Of a DNA stretch of 21,833 nt, positions 1 through 9,126 are shown one piece after another. The first letter of the stretch is position 1. Each line of letters begins with the position of its first letter. Position numbers and translations under genes: made by a program. This DNA is from Armatimonadota bacterium (GTDB taxonomy: Bacteria; Sysuimicrobiota; Sysuimicrobiia; Sysuimicrobiales; Humicultoraceae). The stretch is from NCBI GenBank assembly GCA_037443365.1, contig JBBIOM010000032.1, forward strand, positions 1-21,833, written 5' to 3'. Below the pieces are notes generated by a model, which saw nothing but the letters and a program-made list of their open reading frames with translations, made no database searches and was not told the DNA's origin.

Positions 1-17
1 CGGGCAAGGAGGATAGG

Positions 18-464
18 ATGAGCAGGCAGGTATCCGCCGGAAGGAGAACCACCTTCTACCTGGGCACCTTGATCATGGCCGTCGGGGGCCTGGTGTTTGC
101 GTCGCTCTTTGTGACGATGGCGTTGATTGCGGGGCGTGACTCAGACCCAGAGACGGTCATCCCGTCGTTCGTGTTTCGCATGATACTGGCGATGGTGCTG
201 CTTCTCGCCGGCGGGGCGCTGCGGGCGGTCGGGGCGCGCGGTCTGGCCGGCTCCGGCGTGGTCCTGGATCCACAGCGGGCGCGCCGCGACCTCGAGCCCT
301 ACGCCCGCATGGCAGGCGGCATGGTCAAGGACGCCCTGGATGAGGCGGAGCTCAAACCCGCGGCAGGTGGGCCCGAGCGGGTCGTGATGATCAGGTGCCC
401 TGCCTGCAACAGGCTGAACGAGGAGGACTCGAAGTTCTGCCAGGAGTGCGGCGGGAAACTGTGA
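18..464 (+). CDS. Membrane protein with C-terminal zinc-ribbon domain
   Basis: SD AAGGAGG at 6-12; two hydrophobic helices; C-terminal CPAC...CQEC zinc ribbon (RCPACNRLNEEDSKFCQECG). Confidence 0.75.
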   Translation: MSRQVSAGRRTTFYLGTLIMAVGGLVFASLFVTMALIAGRDSDPETVIPSFVFRMILAMVLLLAGGALRAVGARGLAGSGVVLDPQRARRDLEPYARMAGGMVKDALDEAELKPAAGGPERVVMIRCPACNRLNEEDSKFCQECGGKL

Positions 465-489
465 ACTCCTCTGTTGTTGTGAACCCCCT

Positions 490-1464
490 GTGAAGAAGCC
501 GCTCGTCGGCGTGCTCATGGGCGGCCCCTCGCCCGAGCGCGAGGTGTCGCTTGCCTCGGGCAGCCGCGTCCTTGCCGCGCTCGACCGCGCGCGCTACGAG
601 GTGCTGCCGCTGCCGGTGCCATCTGCCGGCGCATGGTTCCCGCCCGCGGACCTCGACGTCGCCTTCATCGCCATGCACGGACCGTTCGGCGAGGACGGAA
701 CGGTGCAGGGGATGCTGGAGTTCCTGGGCATTCCCTACACGGGCTCGGGCGTCCTGGCGAGCGCGCTCGCAATGGACAAGCGGCGTTCGCGGCAGCTGAT
801 GGCGCTAAACGGCGTGCCCGTGCCCGGATACCTGGCAGTGGACCGCGCCGGGCTGGGGGCCAGGTTGCCCTCGCTGGTGGATGAGGTCGCGCACACGCTG
901 GGCTTTCCCTGCATGGTCAAGCCCAATGCCCTGGGCAGCAGCATCGGGGTCAGCCTGGTGCGGCGGCCCGAGGGCCTGGAGGCCGCCCTCCTGGAGGCGC
1001 TGGGCCTCGATCGGGCCGCCCTCATCGAGGAGTACCTCACCGGCACCGAACTGACGTGCGCGATCATTGACGACCCTGAAGGCGCCGGCCCGGTGGCGCT
1101 GCCGCTCGTGGAGATCGTGCCCAAGCGGGAGTTCTTCACCTACGAAGCCAAGTACACTCCGGGAGCGGCCGATGAGATCTGCCCGGCCCGGCTGCCCGCA
1201 TCCGCGGTCTGGCGCGCGCAGTCGGCTGCGCTGCGCGCCTATCGCGCTCTTGGGTGCGCCGATTTCGCGCGCGTGGACCTCTTCGTCCGCGAGGCCGATG
1301 TGGCCGTGCTCGAGGTGAACACGATTCCCGGGCTGACCGACAGGAGCCTATTCCCGCAAGCCGCGCTGGCCGCCGGGCTGGAGTTTGCGGTCGTACTGGA
1401 CCGCCTGATCGCGTCGGCGCTGCGCCGCGCGCGGAAGCGGCACGAGGAGGTGGGGAACGAATGA
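490..1464 (+). CDS. ddl: D-alanine--D-alanine ligase
   Basis: GGxSxEREVSL, HGPFGEDGTVQG, PYTGSGVLASALAMDK, GSSIG, FFTYEAKY omega loop, EVNTIPG. GTG start without a clear SD. Confidence 0.95.
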   Translation: MKKPLVGVLMGGPSPEREVSLASGSRVLAALDRARYEVLPLPVPSAGAWFPPADLDVAFIAMHGPFGEDGTVQGMLEFLGIPYTGSGVLASALAMDKRRSRQLMALNGVPVPGYLAVDRAGLGARLPSLVDEVAHTLGFPCMVKPNALGSSIGVSLVRRPEGLEAALLEALGLDRAALIEEYLTGTELTCAIIDDPEGAGPVALPLVEIVPKREFFTYEAKYTPGAADEICPARLPASAVWRAQSAALRAYRALGCADFARVDLFVREADVAVLEVNTIPGLTDRSLFPQAALAAGLEFAVVLDRLIASALRRARKRHEEVGNE

Positions 1465-2342
1465 CGCCCCCAGCAGGGCAGAACTGGGTGGTGAAGTCGC
1501 ATGCGCTGGGCAACGACTACCTGGTGCTCGATCCGGCCGCCCTCACCTTCGAACTGACGCCCCGCGCGATACAGCGCATCTGCGACCGGCACACGGGTGT
1601 CGGCTCCGACGGCATCCTTGCGCTCGCGCCTTCGGCGCGGGCGGACTTCGGCCTGCTCATCTACAACCCCGACGGCAGCGAGGCCGAGAAGAGCGGCAAC
1701 GGCCTGCGCATCTTCGCCAAGTTCCTGTACGACCACGGCTACACCGACCGTGCTGCCTTCACCGTGGACACGCCCGGCGGGATCGCGGGCATGACGCTGC
1801 ACCTCGTGGATGGGCGCATTGACCAGATGACAGTGGACGTAGGGCGCGCGACCTTTCAGAGCACCGCGATCCCCGCTACGGGTCCAGCCCGCGAGGTGGT
1901 GGACGAGATCATCGAGGTCGGCGGCCAGCAGCTGGAGATCACGGCCGTGTCCGTGGGCAACCCGCACTGCGTCGTCTTCGTCCCCGACCTGGCGCTCGTT
2001 GACCTGCACCGTCTCGGTCCGCTGGTGGAGACCCATCCCCTGTTTCCCAGGCGCACGAACGTGCAGTTCGCGCAGGTCGCGGCGCGCGACAGCGTGCGGA
2101 TACTCATCTGGGAGCGCGGCGTGGGCGAGACGATGGCCTCTGGTACCAGCGCAGGCGCGGTGGCCGCGGCCGCTGTGCGCGAGGGCGCAACTGACCGCGC
2201 GATGACGGTCTCTGCTCCCGGGGGCGACCTGCGCGTGACCGTGGGTGAGGACTGGAGCATCAGCGTGACCGGGCCTGCGTCCGAGGTCTTTGCAGGAGTG
2301 CTCAGCGCGGACCTGGTGGCGGCAGTGGGAGGGCAGCCATGA
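1461..2342 (+). CDS. dapF: Diaminopimelate epimerase family protein, with both catalytic Cys replaced by Ser
   Basis: KSHALGNDY, ICDRHTGVGSDG, NPDGSEAEKSGNG, VGNPHCV, FPRRTNVQF, WERGVGETMASGTS. Start placed at ATG 1461 (ATGA overlap with the ddl stop, GGAGG upstream), not at ORF-track 1254. Confidence 0.85.
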   Translation: MTPPAGQNWVVKSHALGNDYLVLDPAALTFELTPRAIQRICDRHTGVGSDGILALAPSARADFGLLIYNPDGSEAEKSGNGLRIFAKFLYDHGYTDRAAFTVDTPGGIAGMTLHLVDGRIDQMTVDVGRATFQSTAIPATGPAREVVDEIIEVGGQQLEITAVSVGNPHCVVFVPDLALVDLHRLGPLVETHPLFPRRTNVQFAQVAARDSVRILIWERGVGETMASGTSAGAVAAAAVREGATDRAMTVSAPGGDLRVTVGEDWSISVTGPASEVFAGVLSADLVAAVGGQP

Positions 2343-3616
2343 ACCGCAAGATCCTCTACGTGATCCTGGACGGGGTCGGCGACCGGCCGATCGGGGCCCT
2401 GGGAGGCCGCACCCCGCTTGAGGCAGCGCACACACCGCATCTCGACCGCCTGGCAGAAGCGGGCCAGCAGGGGCTGGTCACAACAGTGGGGGAAGGCATC
2501 GCGCCCGAGTCGGACGTGGCGGTCGTGGCCATCCTCGGATACGATCCCCTGGTCTACCACGTGGGCCGGGGCCCGCTGGAGGCGCTGGGAGCCGGGCTGG
2601 ACTTCAGGGACGGCGACCTGGCGCTGCGCGGCAACTTCGCCACCGGCGGGGAGGGCGCGCTGATAGTTGACCGGCGCGTAGGACGCAACCTCTCCTCACA
2701 GGAGGCGCGTGTGCTGGCCGAGGCGGTCACCGCGCAGATCACGCTCGAGAGCGCGCCCGCCAGGGTCGTGGCGTCCGCCACGATCGGCCACCGCTGCGCG
2801 GTGGTCTTCTACCCGAGCGAGGGCCGCCTCAGCGCCCAGATCTCCAACACCGATCCGGCCTACGCGCGCGTAGGCGGCATGGGCGTCGCGCGCGCCACGT
2901 TCGGGAACCAGATCGAGGAGTGCGTGCCGCTCGATGGATCGGCGGAGGCGAGCACTGCCGCGGCGCTGGTGAACGAGTTCACCTGGAAGAGCCGCGCCGT
3001 CATGGACGCGCACCCGCTCAACGCCCGGCGGAGGGAAGCGGGCAGGCTGCCTGGCAACCTGATCCTGCTGCGCGACGGCGGCGACCACCTGCCCCAGGTT
3101 CCTTCCATAGAGGACCGCTTCGGCGTGCGGATGGGTTGCTTCGTGGAGATGCCGGTCGAGCGCGGGATCGCCCGGTACCTGGGGATGGGCGTGATCGAGA
3201 TCCCCCAGGGCGCATCGGCGAGCCGCGCCGAGGCGTACCGGGCCTGGGCCCGCCGGGCGCTCGAGGTGCTGCCCGAGTACGACGGCCTCTACATGCACCT
3301 CAAAGGGCCTGATGAGCCCGGGCACGACGGCGATTTCACAGCGAAGCAGCGCGTCATCGAGGAGATTGACGAGCACTTCTTCGGCGTGCTGCTCCCGGCG
3401 CTCGATCAGGACGGGGTTTTGATCGCGGTGACCGCGGACCACGCGACCCCCTGCGAGGTGCGAGGGCACTCACCCGATCCGGTTCCCCTGCTGGTCGGCG
3501 GCGGGGGCACGCGCCCGGACGGCGCCGGGCGATACACCGAGGCCGCGGCAGCCGGAGGCGCGCTGGGTCATGTCCGCGGCGTGGATATCATGCCGCTGCT
3601 GGTTGGCCGGAGATAG
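2339..3616 (+). CDS. apgM: 2,3-bisphosphoglycerate-independent phosphoglycerate mutase (archaeal/ApgM type)
   Basis: ILDGVGDRP, TPLEAAHTPHLD, PESDVA (phospho-Ser), GRGPLEALG, ALRGNF, HLKGPDEPGHDGD, TADHATP, HSPDPVP; ATGA overlap with dapF. Confidence 0.9.
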   Translation: MNRKILYVILDGVGDRPIGALGGRTPLEAAHTPHLDRLAEAGQQGLVTTVGEGIAPESDVAVVAILGYDPLVYHVGRGPLEALGAGLDFRDGDLALRGNFATGGEGALIVDRRVGRNLSSQEARVLAEAVTAQITLESAPARVVASATIGHRCAVVFYPSEGRLSAQISNTDPAYARVGGMGVARATFGNQIEECVPLDGSAEASTAAALVNEFTWKSRAVMDAHPLNARRREAGRLPGNLILLRDGGDHLPQVPSIEDRFGVRMGCFVEMPVERGIARYLGMGVIEIPQGASASRAEAYRAWARRALEVLPEYDGLYMHLKGPDEPGHDGDFTAKQRVIEEIDEHFFGVLLPALDQDGVLIAVTADHATPCEVRGHSPDPVPLLVGGGGTRPDGAGRYTEAAAAGGALGHVRGVDIMPLLVGRR

Positions 3617-3664
3617 GAGAGGCCTGCTGCCGCCTGCCTTCTGCGCGAAGCCCCGGGCCAGACG

Positions 3665-4903
3665 ATGAAGGCCCGGACACGCCTCGACCTCTGGCTGCCA
3701 GGGATCTGCGCCGCGCGGTTCTTCATGACCCTGTTCTTCATGTCCTACGCGGCGTGCCTTCCTGTGCTGCGCGCGCAGTGGGGCATGTCGGCGGCCCAGG
3801 CCGGGTTGGTGTCCACCGGGTTCCAGGCCGGCTACGCGATCTCCCTGCTGGGGTTCTCGTGGCTGGCCGACCGGGTCGGTTCCCGGCGGATCTTCCTTCT
3901 GTCGTCCGCGCTCAGCACCGTGACGGCGATAGCGTTCGCGCTGTTCGCGCGCTCGTACCTCTCCGGGCTGGCTCTGTTCACACTCGCCGCCCTTGCCCAG
4001 GGCGGCACTTACTCCACGGCCATCATGCTCGTTTCAGACCGCCACCGCTCGCACAGCCGGGGCGCGGCCGTCGGCTGGTTGATCGCCTCGTCATCGCTGA
4101 GCTACGGCGCCTCGCTGCTCCTGGCAGGCGCGGTGCTGTCGCGGGGCGGTTATGAGAAGGCGTTTCTGGTGACGGCCGCGGGGCCGCTCGTGGGCGCGCT
4201 GATCGCATGGCTGGTGCTGCGGGAGACCCCGAACGTGATCCACCCTCGCGTCGAAGGGTCGGGCGCCTCGGCCGAGTTGCTGCGCAACCCGCGCGCCGCG
4301 CGCCTGACCGTCGGGTACGTTGGGCACTCCTGGGAACTGCTCGGGATGTGGGCGTGGACGCCGGCCTTCGTGGCCTCCAGCCTGGCTGCCTCCGGCGCGG
4401 TGACGCTGCGTGCGGCGGAGCTCGGCGCCTACGTGGCGGCCTCATTTCACGTCATGGGCCTGGTGTCGTCGTCAGCCATGGGATACCTGTCAGACAGGCT
4501 GGGGCGCCGCACTGTCATGCTTGCGCTGGCCGCCGCGAGTGCCGCGTGCTCGTTTGCCTTCGGGTGGCTGGTGGGAGGGCCGCTCCTGGTGATCGCCCTC
4601 GTGGGCGCGGTCTACGGCTTCACCGCGCTGGGCGACTCCCCGGTGCTGTCGGCGGCCCTGACCGAGGCCGTGCGCCCCGCATACCTCGGCTCGGTCCTGG
4701 CCGTCCGGTCGCTCGCCGGATTCGGCGCCGGCGCGATCGCGCCGGCCGTCTTCGGCATGGTGCTGGACGCGGCCAACCCTGCTGGATCGCATGCCTCGGG
4801 CTGGGGCTGGGCCTTCGCGGTCCTCGGCGTGGGCGGGCTCGTCGCGGTGCTGTCTGCCTGGGGTCTGCCGCGCATGCGGCCGGCATCCCCTCGGGAGGTG
4901 TGA
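3665..4903 (+). CDS. MFS transporter
   Basis: About 12 hydrophobic segments; motif A in both halves (WLADRVGSRR, GYLSDRLGRR); GYVGHSWEL motif. Confidence 0.9.
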   Translation: MKARTRLDLWLPGICAARFFMTLFFMSYAACLPVLRAQWGMSAAQAGLVSTGFQAGYAISLLGFSWLADRVGSRRIFLLSSALSTVTAIAFALFARSYLSGLALFTLAALAQGGTYSTAIMLVSDRHRSHSRGAAVGWLIASSSLSYGASLLLAGAVLSRGGYEKAFLVTAAGPLVGALIAWLVLRETPNVIHPRVEGSGASAELLRNPRAARLTVGYVGHSWELLGMWAWTPAFVASSLAASGAVTLRAAELGAYVAASFHVMGLVSSSAMGYLSDRLGRRTVMLALAAASAACSFAFGWLVGGPLLVIALVGAVYGFTALGDSPVLSAALTEAVRPAYLGSVLAVRSLAGFGAGAIAPAVFGMVLDAANPAGSHASGWGWAFAVLGVGGLVAVLSAWGLPRMRPASPREV

Positions 4904-4908
4904 TCGGC

Positions 4909-5403
4909 GTGGATCAACCTGAGATACCCAACAGATGGCCAGGGCAATGCTACGGCTGCTCGCCGCGCAACCCGTTGGGGCTCCGATTGCGCTTCTGGCG
5001 CTCAGAGACAGGCTGCTTCACCCGGTACGTGATCCCCGAGCACCTCTGCGGCTTCGATGGGGTTGCCCACGGCGGCGTCATCGCGGCGATTCTGGACGAG
5101 GTGTCGGCCTGGACCGTCATCGCCTGCCTGGGCCGGCTCGCGATCACCCGCGAGATCTCGATCCGCTACCATCGGCCCGTGCCCACAGGCGTTGAGATCA
5201 GGGCGGAGGGGCAGATCGTAAGGCGCGACGACAGGAGCGCGGTCGTGCGCGCGCGCATGACGCTGTCGGGGGGCCCTGCGGACGAGGTGCTGGCCGTGAG
5301 CACGAGCGCCTGGGCCCTGCCGAAGCTCTCGAGCATCGCCAGGATGACGGGGCTGGATGAGCAGGCCCTGAGCGAGTACCTCGGGGCGATGGCTCCGAGC
5401 TAG
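4909..5403 (+). CDS. PaaI-family hotdog-fold thioesterase
   Basis: CYGCSPRNPLGLRL, GFDGVAHGGVIAAILDE, ISIRYHRPVP. Start GTG 4909 (GGAGGTG upstream) or GTG 4900 (overlaps the MFS stop); ORF-track 4207 is over-extended. Confidence 0.85.
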   Translation: MDQPEIPNRWPGQCYGCSPRNPLGLRLRFWRSETGCFTRYVIPEHLCGFDGVAHGGVIAAILDEVSAWTVIACLGRLAITREISIRYHRPVPTGVEIRAEGQIVRRDDRSAVVRARMTLSGGPADEVLAVSTSAWALPKLSSIARMTGLDEQALSEYLGAMAPS

Positions 5404-5417
5404 TCCGCTGGCCGCAG

Positions 5418-6074
5418 ATGCCGGATTCTCGTCCCTCTTCCACTTCGGATCCCGTGCGCCGCGCCAGCATCGCGTGGCCGCGCGAGACACGGCTGTTCCG
5501 GGCGACGTGGGTGGCCGTCAGGGCGCTTCTTCGGGTTCTCTTCTGCTTCCGGGTCGAAGGTCTCGAGCGGTTTCCCCCGGGTCCTGCCGTGGTCGTCGCC
5601 AACCACCCGAGCGCGCTGGATCCGCTGTTCCTGGCCGCGGCCTTGCCTGAGCGCCTGCTGTTCCTGGCCGCGGCCGAGTTCTTCACGCTGCCCCTGGTAG
5701 GATGGGCCATGCGCACCTACGGCTGCATCCCGGTGCGCCGCGGCGAGGCCGACTCCGCGGCCGTGCGGGGGGCGCTGCTCGCCCTGGGCGCCGGACGCAA
5801 GGTGGCGATCTTCCCCGAGGGACGCATAAGCCCGCAGCCCGCCCCAGGGCACCGCGGCGCTGCGCTGCTCGCCGCGCGCGCCGGCGTGCCGGTGGTGCCG
5901 GTGGCGATGGTCGGCACCGGGCGGGTCTTCCCGCTGGGCGCCTGGCTTCCCAGGCCGGGCCGCGTGAGCGTGCGGATCGGTCCGCCTATCCCGCCGCCAG
6001 GTGCCACGCGCTCGCCGCAGGAGGGGGCGATCGAGGCGGCGATGGCCTGGATTCGCGCGCACGTCGCGCGCTAG
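5418..6074 (+). CDS. plsC: 1-acyl-sn-glycerol-3-phosphate acyltransferase (PlsC/lysophospholipid acyltransferase family)
   Basis: ANHPSALD (HxxxxD), IPVRR, IFPEGRIS, VPVVPVA motifs; true start uncertain. Confidence 0.8.
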   Translation: MPDSRPSSTSDPVRRASIAWPRETRLFRATWVAVRALLRVLFCFRVEGLERFPPGPAVVVANHPSALDPLFLAAALPERLLFLAAAEFFTLPLVGWAMRTYGCIPVRRGEADSAAVRGALLALGAGRKVAIFPEGRISPQPAPGHRGAALLAARAGVPVVPVAMVGTGRVFPLGAWLPRPGRVSVRIGPPIPPPGATRSPQEGAIEAAMAWIRAHVAR

Positions 6075-7324
6075 CGCAGCCAGAAGATGTAGAGCAGCAC
6101 GTGGGCCGCGCCCACGGCCGCCACCGTGAAGGGTACGCTGATCTTCAGGTACTGCCCGAGATGCACCTTGTAGCCGTGCTTCTCCAGGAAGCCGCACGCG
6201 AAGACGTTGGCCGTGGCGCCGACAGGCGTGATGTTGCCGCCGCTCCCGGTGCCGATCAGCATCCCGAACAACAGCGGCCACGCGCTCGCCCCGAGCATGC
6301 CGGCCAGGTCCTGCGCCACCGGAATCATCAGCACGGTGAAGGGCACGTTGTCCACGAACGACGAGATGGCCACCGCTATCCAGATCAACGCGCCCATGGC
6401 GAGCGCGGGTGTCTGCAGCCGCGCCCCGTGCAGCAGGCCCGCGAACTCCCGCAGCAGCCCTGTTGACCGCAGCGAGTGCGCCACAACGAAGATACCCATG
6501 ATGAAGGCGAACGAGTTCCAGTCGAACTCGGCGAACATCGCGCGGAACCGCCGGCGGTTGAGCCACAGGGCGACGCAGCCGGCGACAGCGCCCACGATGC
6601 CCGGTGGAAGGCCGCGCTCGTGCCCGAAGCCCAGGATCGCGACCGAGACCACGAACAGGATCGTGGCCGCGTAGGTCACCGGCACCTCGTCTGTCGGCAG
6701 GTCAACCCGCTTCGTCATGCGGCGGAACTGAACTAGCAGCGCGAGCAGCGCCGCGATAACCGCGAAGACGGTCAGCGTCCCCAGGCCCGGCCTTCCCAGG
6801 AACCAGTAGAAGTCCTTGAACCTCATGCCCGTCTCGATGGCGAGAATGATTGACGGCGGGTCGGCCACCATGCTTACTGTCGTGACGACGTTGGACGCTA
6901 TGCCGATGACGACCATGTACGGGAAGAGGGAGGTGTTCAGGCGCCTGCTGATAGCCAGCGCGATCGGCGCCATCATCAGGACCACGCCCACGTTCTCCAT
7001 CCAGGCCGATAGGAACGCGGTCGAGGCGGCCAGATAGAGGATGGCGTGCTTCTCGGCGTGGGCGGCCTTGAGGATGCGCTCTGCCAGGAGCTTCGGCACC
7101 CCGCTGTCCATGAAGGCGATCGAGACCATCATGAAGCCCCAGTAGATGCCGAGCACGTCCCATTTCAGGGCCTGTGTCAGGACTTCGTGCGGGGTCAGGA
7201 TGCGCAGCGCGACGAGCAGGACCGCCGCGGTCAGCGAGACGTAGGCGATCTTGATGCGGCGCGTGAGGGCGAGGGCGTACGTTGCGACGAATACCGCCAG
7301 CGCAGTGATCTGCTCGAAGCCCAT
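6071..7324 (-). CDS. ArsB/NhaD/SLC13 (ion transporter superfamily) permease
   Basis: Polytopic; SAWMENV, IASNV...VADPPSI, SSFVDNVPF, GTGSGGNITPVGATANV. Start ATG 7324 (GGGGGTG SD) or GTG 7336. Shares CTAG stop overlap with plsC. Confidence 0.85.
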   Translation of the reverse strand: MGFEQITALAVFVATYALALTRRIKIAYVSLTAAVLLVALRILTPHEVLTQALKWDVLGIYWGFMMVSIAFMDSGVPKLLAERILKAAHAEKHAILYLAASTAFLSAWMENVGVVLMMAPIALAISRRLNTSLFPYMVVIGIASNVVTTVSMVADPPSIILAIETGMRFKDFYWFLGRPGLGTLTVFAVIAALLALLVQFRRMTKRVDLPTDEVPVTYAATILFVVSVAILGFGHERGLPPGIVGAVAGCVALWLNRRRFRAMFAEFDWNSFAFIMGIFVVAHSLRSTGLLREFAGLLHGARLQTPALAMGALIWIAVAISSFVDNVPFTVLMIPVAQDLAGMLGASAWPLLFGMLIGTGSGGNITPVGATANVFACGFLEKHGYKVHLGQYLKISVPFTVAAVGAAHVLLYIFWLR

Positions 7325-7356
7325 CAGGGACCGCACCCCCTGGACAACCAGCCCTC

Positions 7357-7386
7357 AACCTAGCAGGAGCACGCGCCGCCCGTCAA
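7357..7386 (-). promoter_or_regulatory. Putative sigmaA promoter of the permease
   Basis: Minus strand TTGACG (7386-7381) - 18 nt - TAGGTT (7362-7357) with extended TG. Confidence 0.55.
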
Positions 7387-7442
7387 TCCAGAGGGAACCC
7401 TGCCGTGGGCGGCTGTGACGAGTCTGGCGTCTGTCCCGTGGC

Positions 7443-7472
7443 TTGCCCGCTGTTTCGGTGCCGTGCTAGACT
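7443..7472 (+). promoter_or_regulatory. Putative sigmaA promoter of the T-box/proS leader
   Basis: TTGCCC (7443-7448) - 18 nt - TAGACT (7467-7472) with extended TG; places the start of transcription just before T-box stem I. Confidence 0.6.
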
Positions 7473-7483
7473 GCCCCTACATA

Positions 7484-7675
7484 CGGCGATGACGGGGCCG
7501 ACCCACCCCTAAGCCGCGGCCGAGAAGGCCGCCGGTTGCGCCCGATACGCGCGCAGAGCAGGCCGGATCCGGGAGGCGGGTCACCGCTGGTGGCCGTTGC
7601 CGGGCCGGAACAAGGGTGGTACCGCGGGAGCCTCCCGTCCCTTGGGGTGGGGGGCCATTTCGTTTCGGGGGGACG
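7484..7675 (+). ncRNA. T-box riboswitch (Pro), ultra-short stem I
   Basis: T-box AAGGG-TGGTACC-GCG (7612-7626) with 3' arm CGTCCCTT; GA motif GCGATGA; GGGG/CCCC stem closing loop CCGACCCA with Pro codon CCC; lies directly upstream of proS. Confidence 0.9.
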
Positions 7676-7676
7676 C

Positions 7677-9119
7677 ATGTCAATCGAGGGCCAGGAGTTC
7701 GTCAAGGAGATCCCGAGCAAGTCCGAGCAGTTCTCGGATTGGTACACGGCGGTTGTGCTCAAGGCCGAACTGGCCGACTACTCGCCCGTGCGCGGGTGCA
7801 TGGTCATCCGGCCCTACGGCTACGCGCTGTGGGAAGGAATACAGCGCTGGCTGGACGAGCGGTTCAAGGCCACCGGGCACGTCAACGCCTACTTCCCGCT
7901 GTTCGTCCCCGAGGCGTTCCTCAAGAAGGAAGCCGAGCACGTCGAGGGGTTCGCGCCCCAGGTCGCCTGGGTGACGCACGGCGGCGATGAGGAGCTGGCC
8001 GAGCGGTTGGCGGTACGCCCGACCTCCGAGGCGATAATCCTGCCGATGTACGCCAAGTGGATCCAGTCGTATCGCGATCTGCCGGTGCTGCTGCTGCAGT
8101 GGAACAGCGTAGTGCGCTGGGAGAAGTCAACCCGGCTGTTCCTGCGGACCAGCGAGTTCCTATGGCACGAGGGGCACACTGCCCACACCACCCTGGAGGA
8201 GGCCGACCAGGAGTGCCTGGTGATCCTCGAGATCTACCGGCAGCTGCTCGAGGACGTGCTGGCGATCCCGGTGCTGGCGGGCCGCAAGTCGCCGTCCGAG
8301 AAGTTCGCCGGCGCCGACTGGACCTACACGCTGGAGGCGCTGATGCCAGACTGCCAGGCCTTGCAGGCAGGCACCAGCCACTTCCTGGGGCAGAACTTCG
8401 CCAGGGCGTTCGGCGTGAAGTTCCTCGACCGCGACAACGCAGAGAAGTACGTCTGGTCCACCTCCTGGGCCGTCTCGACGCGCCTGATCGGCTCGCTTGT
8501 CATGGCGCACGGCGACGACCGCGGGCTGGCCCTGCCGCCGCGCATCGCGCCGGTCCAGGTCGTGATCGTGCCGATTCCCGGCAAGGACGGCGAGCGGGTG
8601 CTGGCAGCAGCGCGGGCGCTGGCCGAGCGCCTGAAGTCGGTCGCCCGGGTGCGGTTGGATGACCGCGACGAGTACACGCCCGGCTGGAAGTTCAACGACT
8701 GGGAGATGCGGGGTGTGCCGATCCGCCTGGAGATCGGACCGCGCGATCTGGCCGCCGACGCCGCCGTTCTGGTGAAGCGCACCGGCGGGGGCAAGACCAC
8801 CGTCACGCTGGACGGCATCGAGCAAGCGGTGCTCGCCGCCTTGGATGATGTGCAGGCGGAGTACTTCGGCAGGGCGAAGGCGTTCCTGGACGAGCACACG
8901 GTTGCCGTCGAGACGATTGAGCAGCTCGCGGAAGCCATCCGGGACCGGCGTGGATTCGTACGCACCGGATGGTGCCAGGAGCAGGCGTGCGAGGACACCA
9001 TCCGCGAACGGACCGGCGCCTCGCCGCGGGTCACACCGCTGAACGATGCTCCCGAGGGAACCTGCCTGGCATGCGGCAGGCCTTCGACCGCCACGGTCTA
9101 CTACGCGCGGGCGTACTGA
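7677..9119 (+). CDS. proS: Proline--tRNA ligase, archaeal/eukaryote-like type (no INS editing domain)
   Basis: FSDWYTAVVLKAELADY, RPTSEA, VVRWE..TRLFLRTSEFLWHEGHT, QAGTSHFLGQNF, C-terminal Zn-binding Cys and terminal ARAY. Start ATG 7677 after GGGGGGA. Confidence 0.97.
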   Translation: MSIEGQEFVKEIPSKSEQFSDWYTAVVLKAELADYSPVRGCMVIRPYGYALWEGIQRWLDERFKATGHVNAYFPLFVPEAFLKKEAEHVEGFAPQVAWVTHGGDEELAERLAVRPTSEAIILPMYAKWIQSYRDLPVLLLQWNSVVRWEKSTRLFLRTSEFLWHEGHTAHTTLEEADQECLVILEIYRQLLEDVLAIPVLAGRKSPSEKFAGADWTYTLEALMPDCQALQAGTSHFLGQNFARAFGVKFLDRDNAEKYVWSTSWAVSTRLIGSLVMAHGDDRGLALPPRIAPVQVVIVPIPGKDGERVLAAARALAERLKSVARVRLDDRDEYTPGWKFNDWEMRGVPIRLEIGPRDLAADAAVLVKRTGGGKTTVTLDGIEQAVLAALDDVQAEYFGRAKAFLDEHTVAVETIEQLAEAIRDRRGFVRTGWCQEQACEDTIRERTGASPRVTPLNDAPEGTCLACGRPSTATVYYARAY

Positions 9120-9126
9120 CCGCGTG

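Noticed and set aside
461-495. Three short GTGAA(C) repeats between the first gene and ddl
   Set aside because: Too short and irregular for a CRISPR array, attC site or operator; two copies coincide with the stop and start codons.
7536-7676. N-terminal extension of proS in the ORF track
   Set aside because: It is the T-box leader; ProRS homology and the SD start at ATG 7677.
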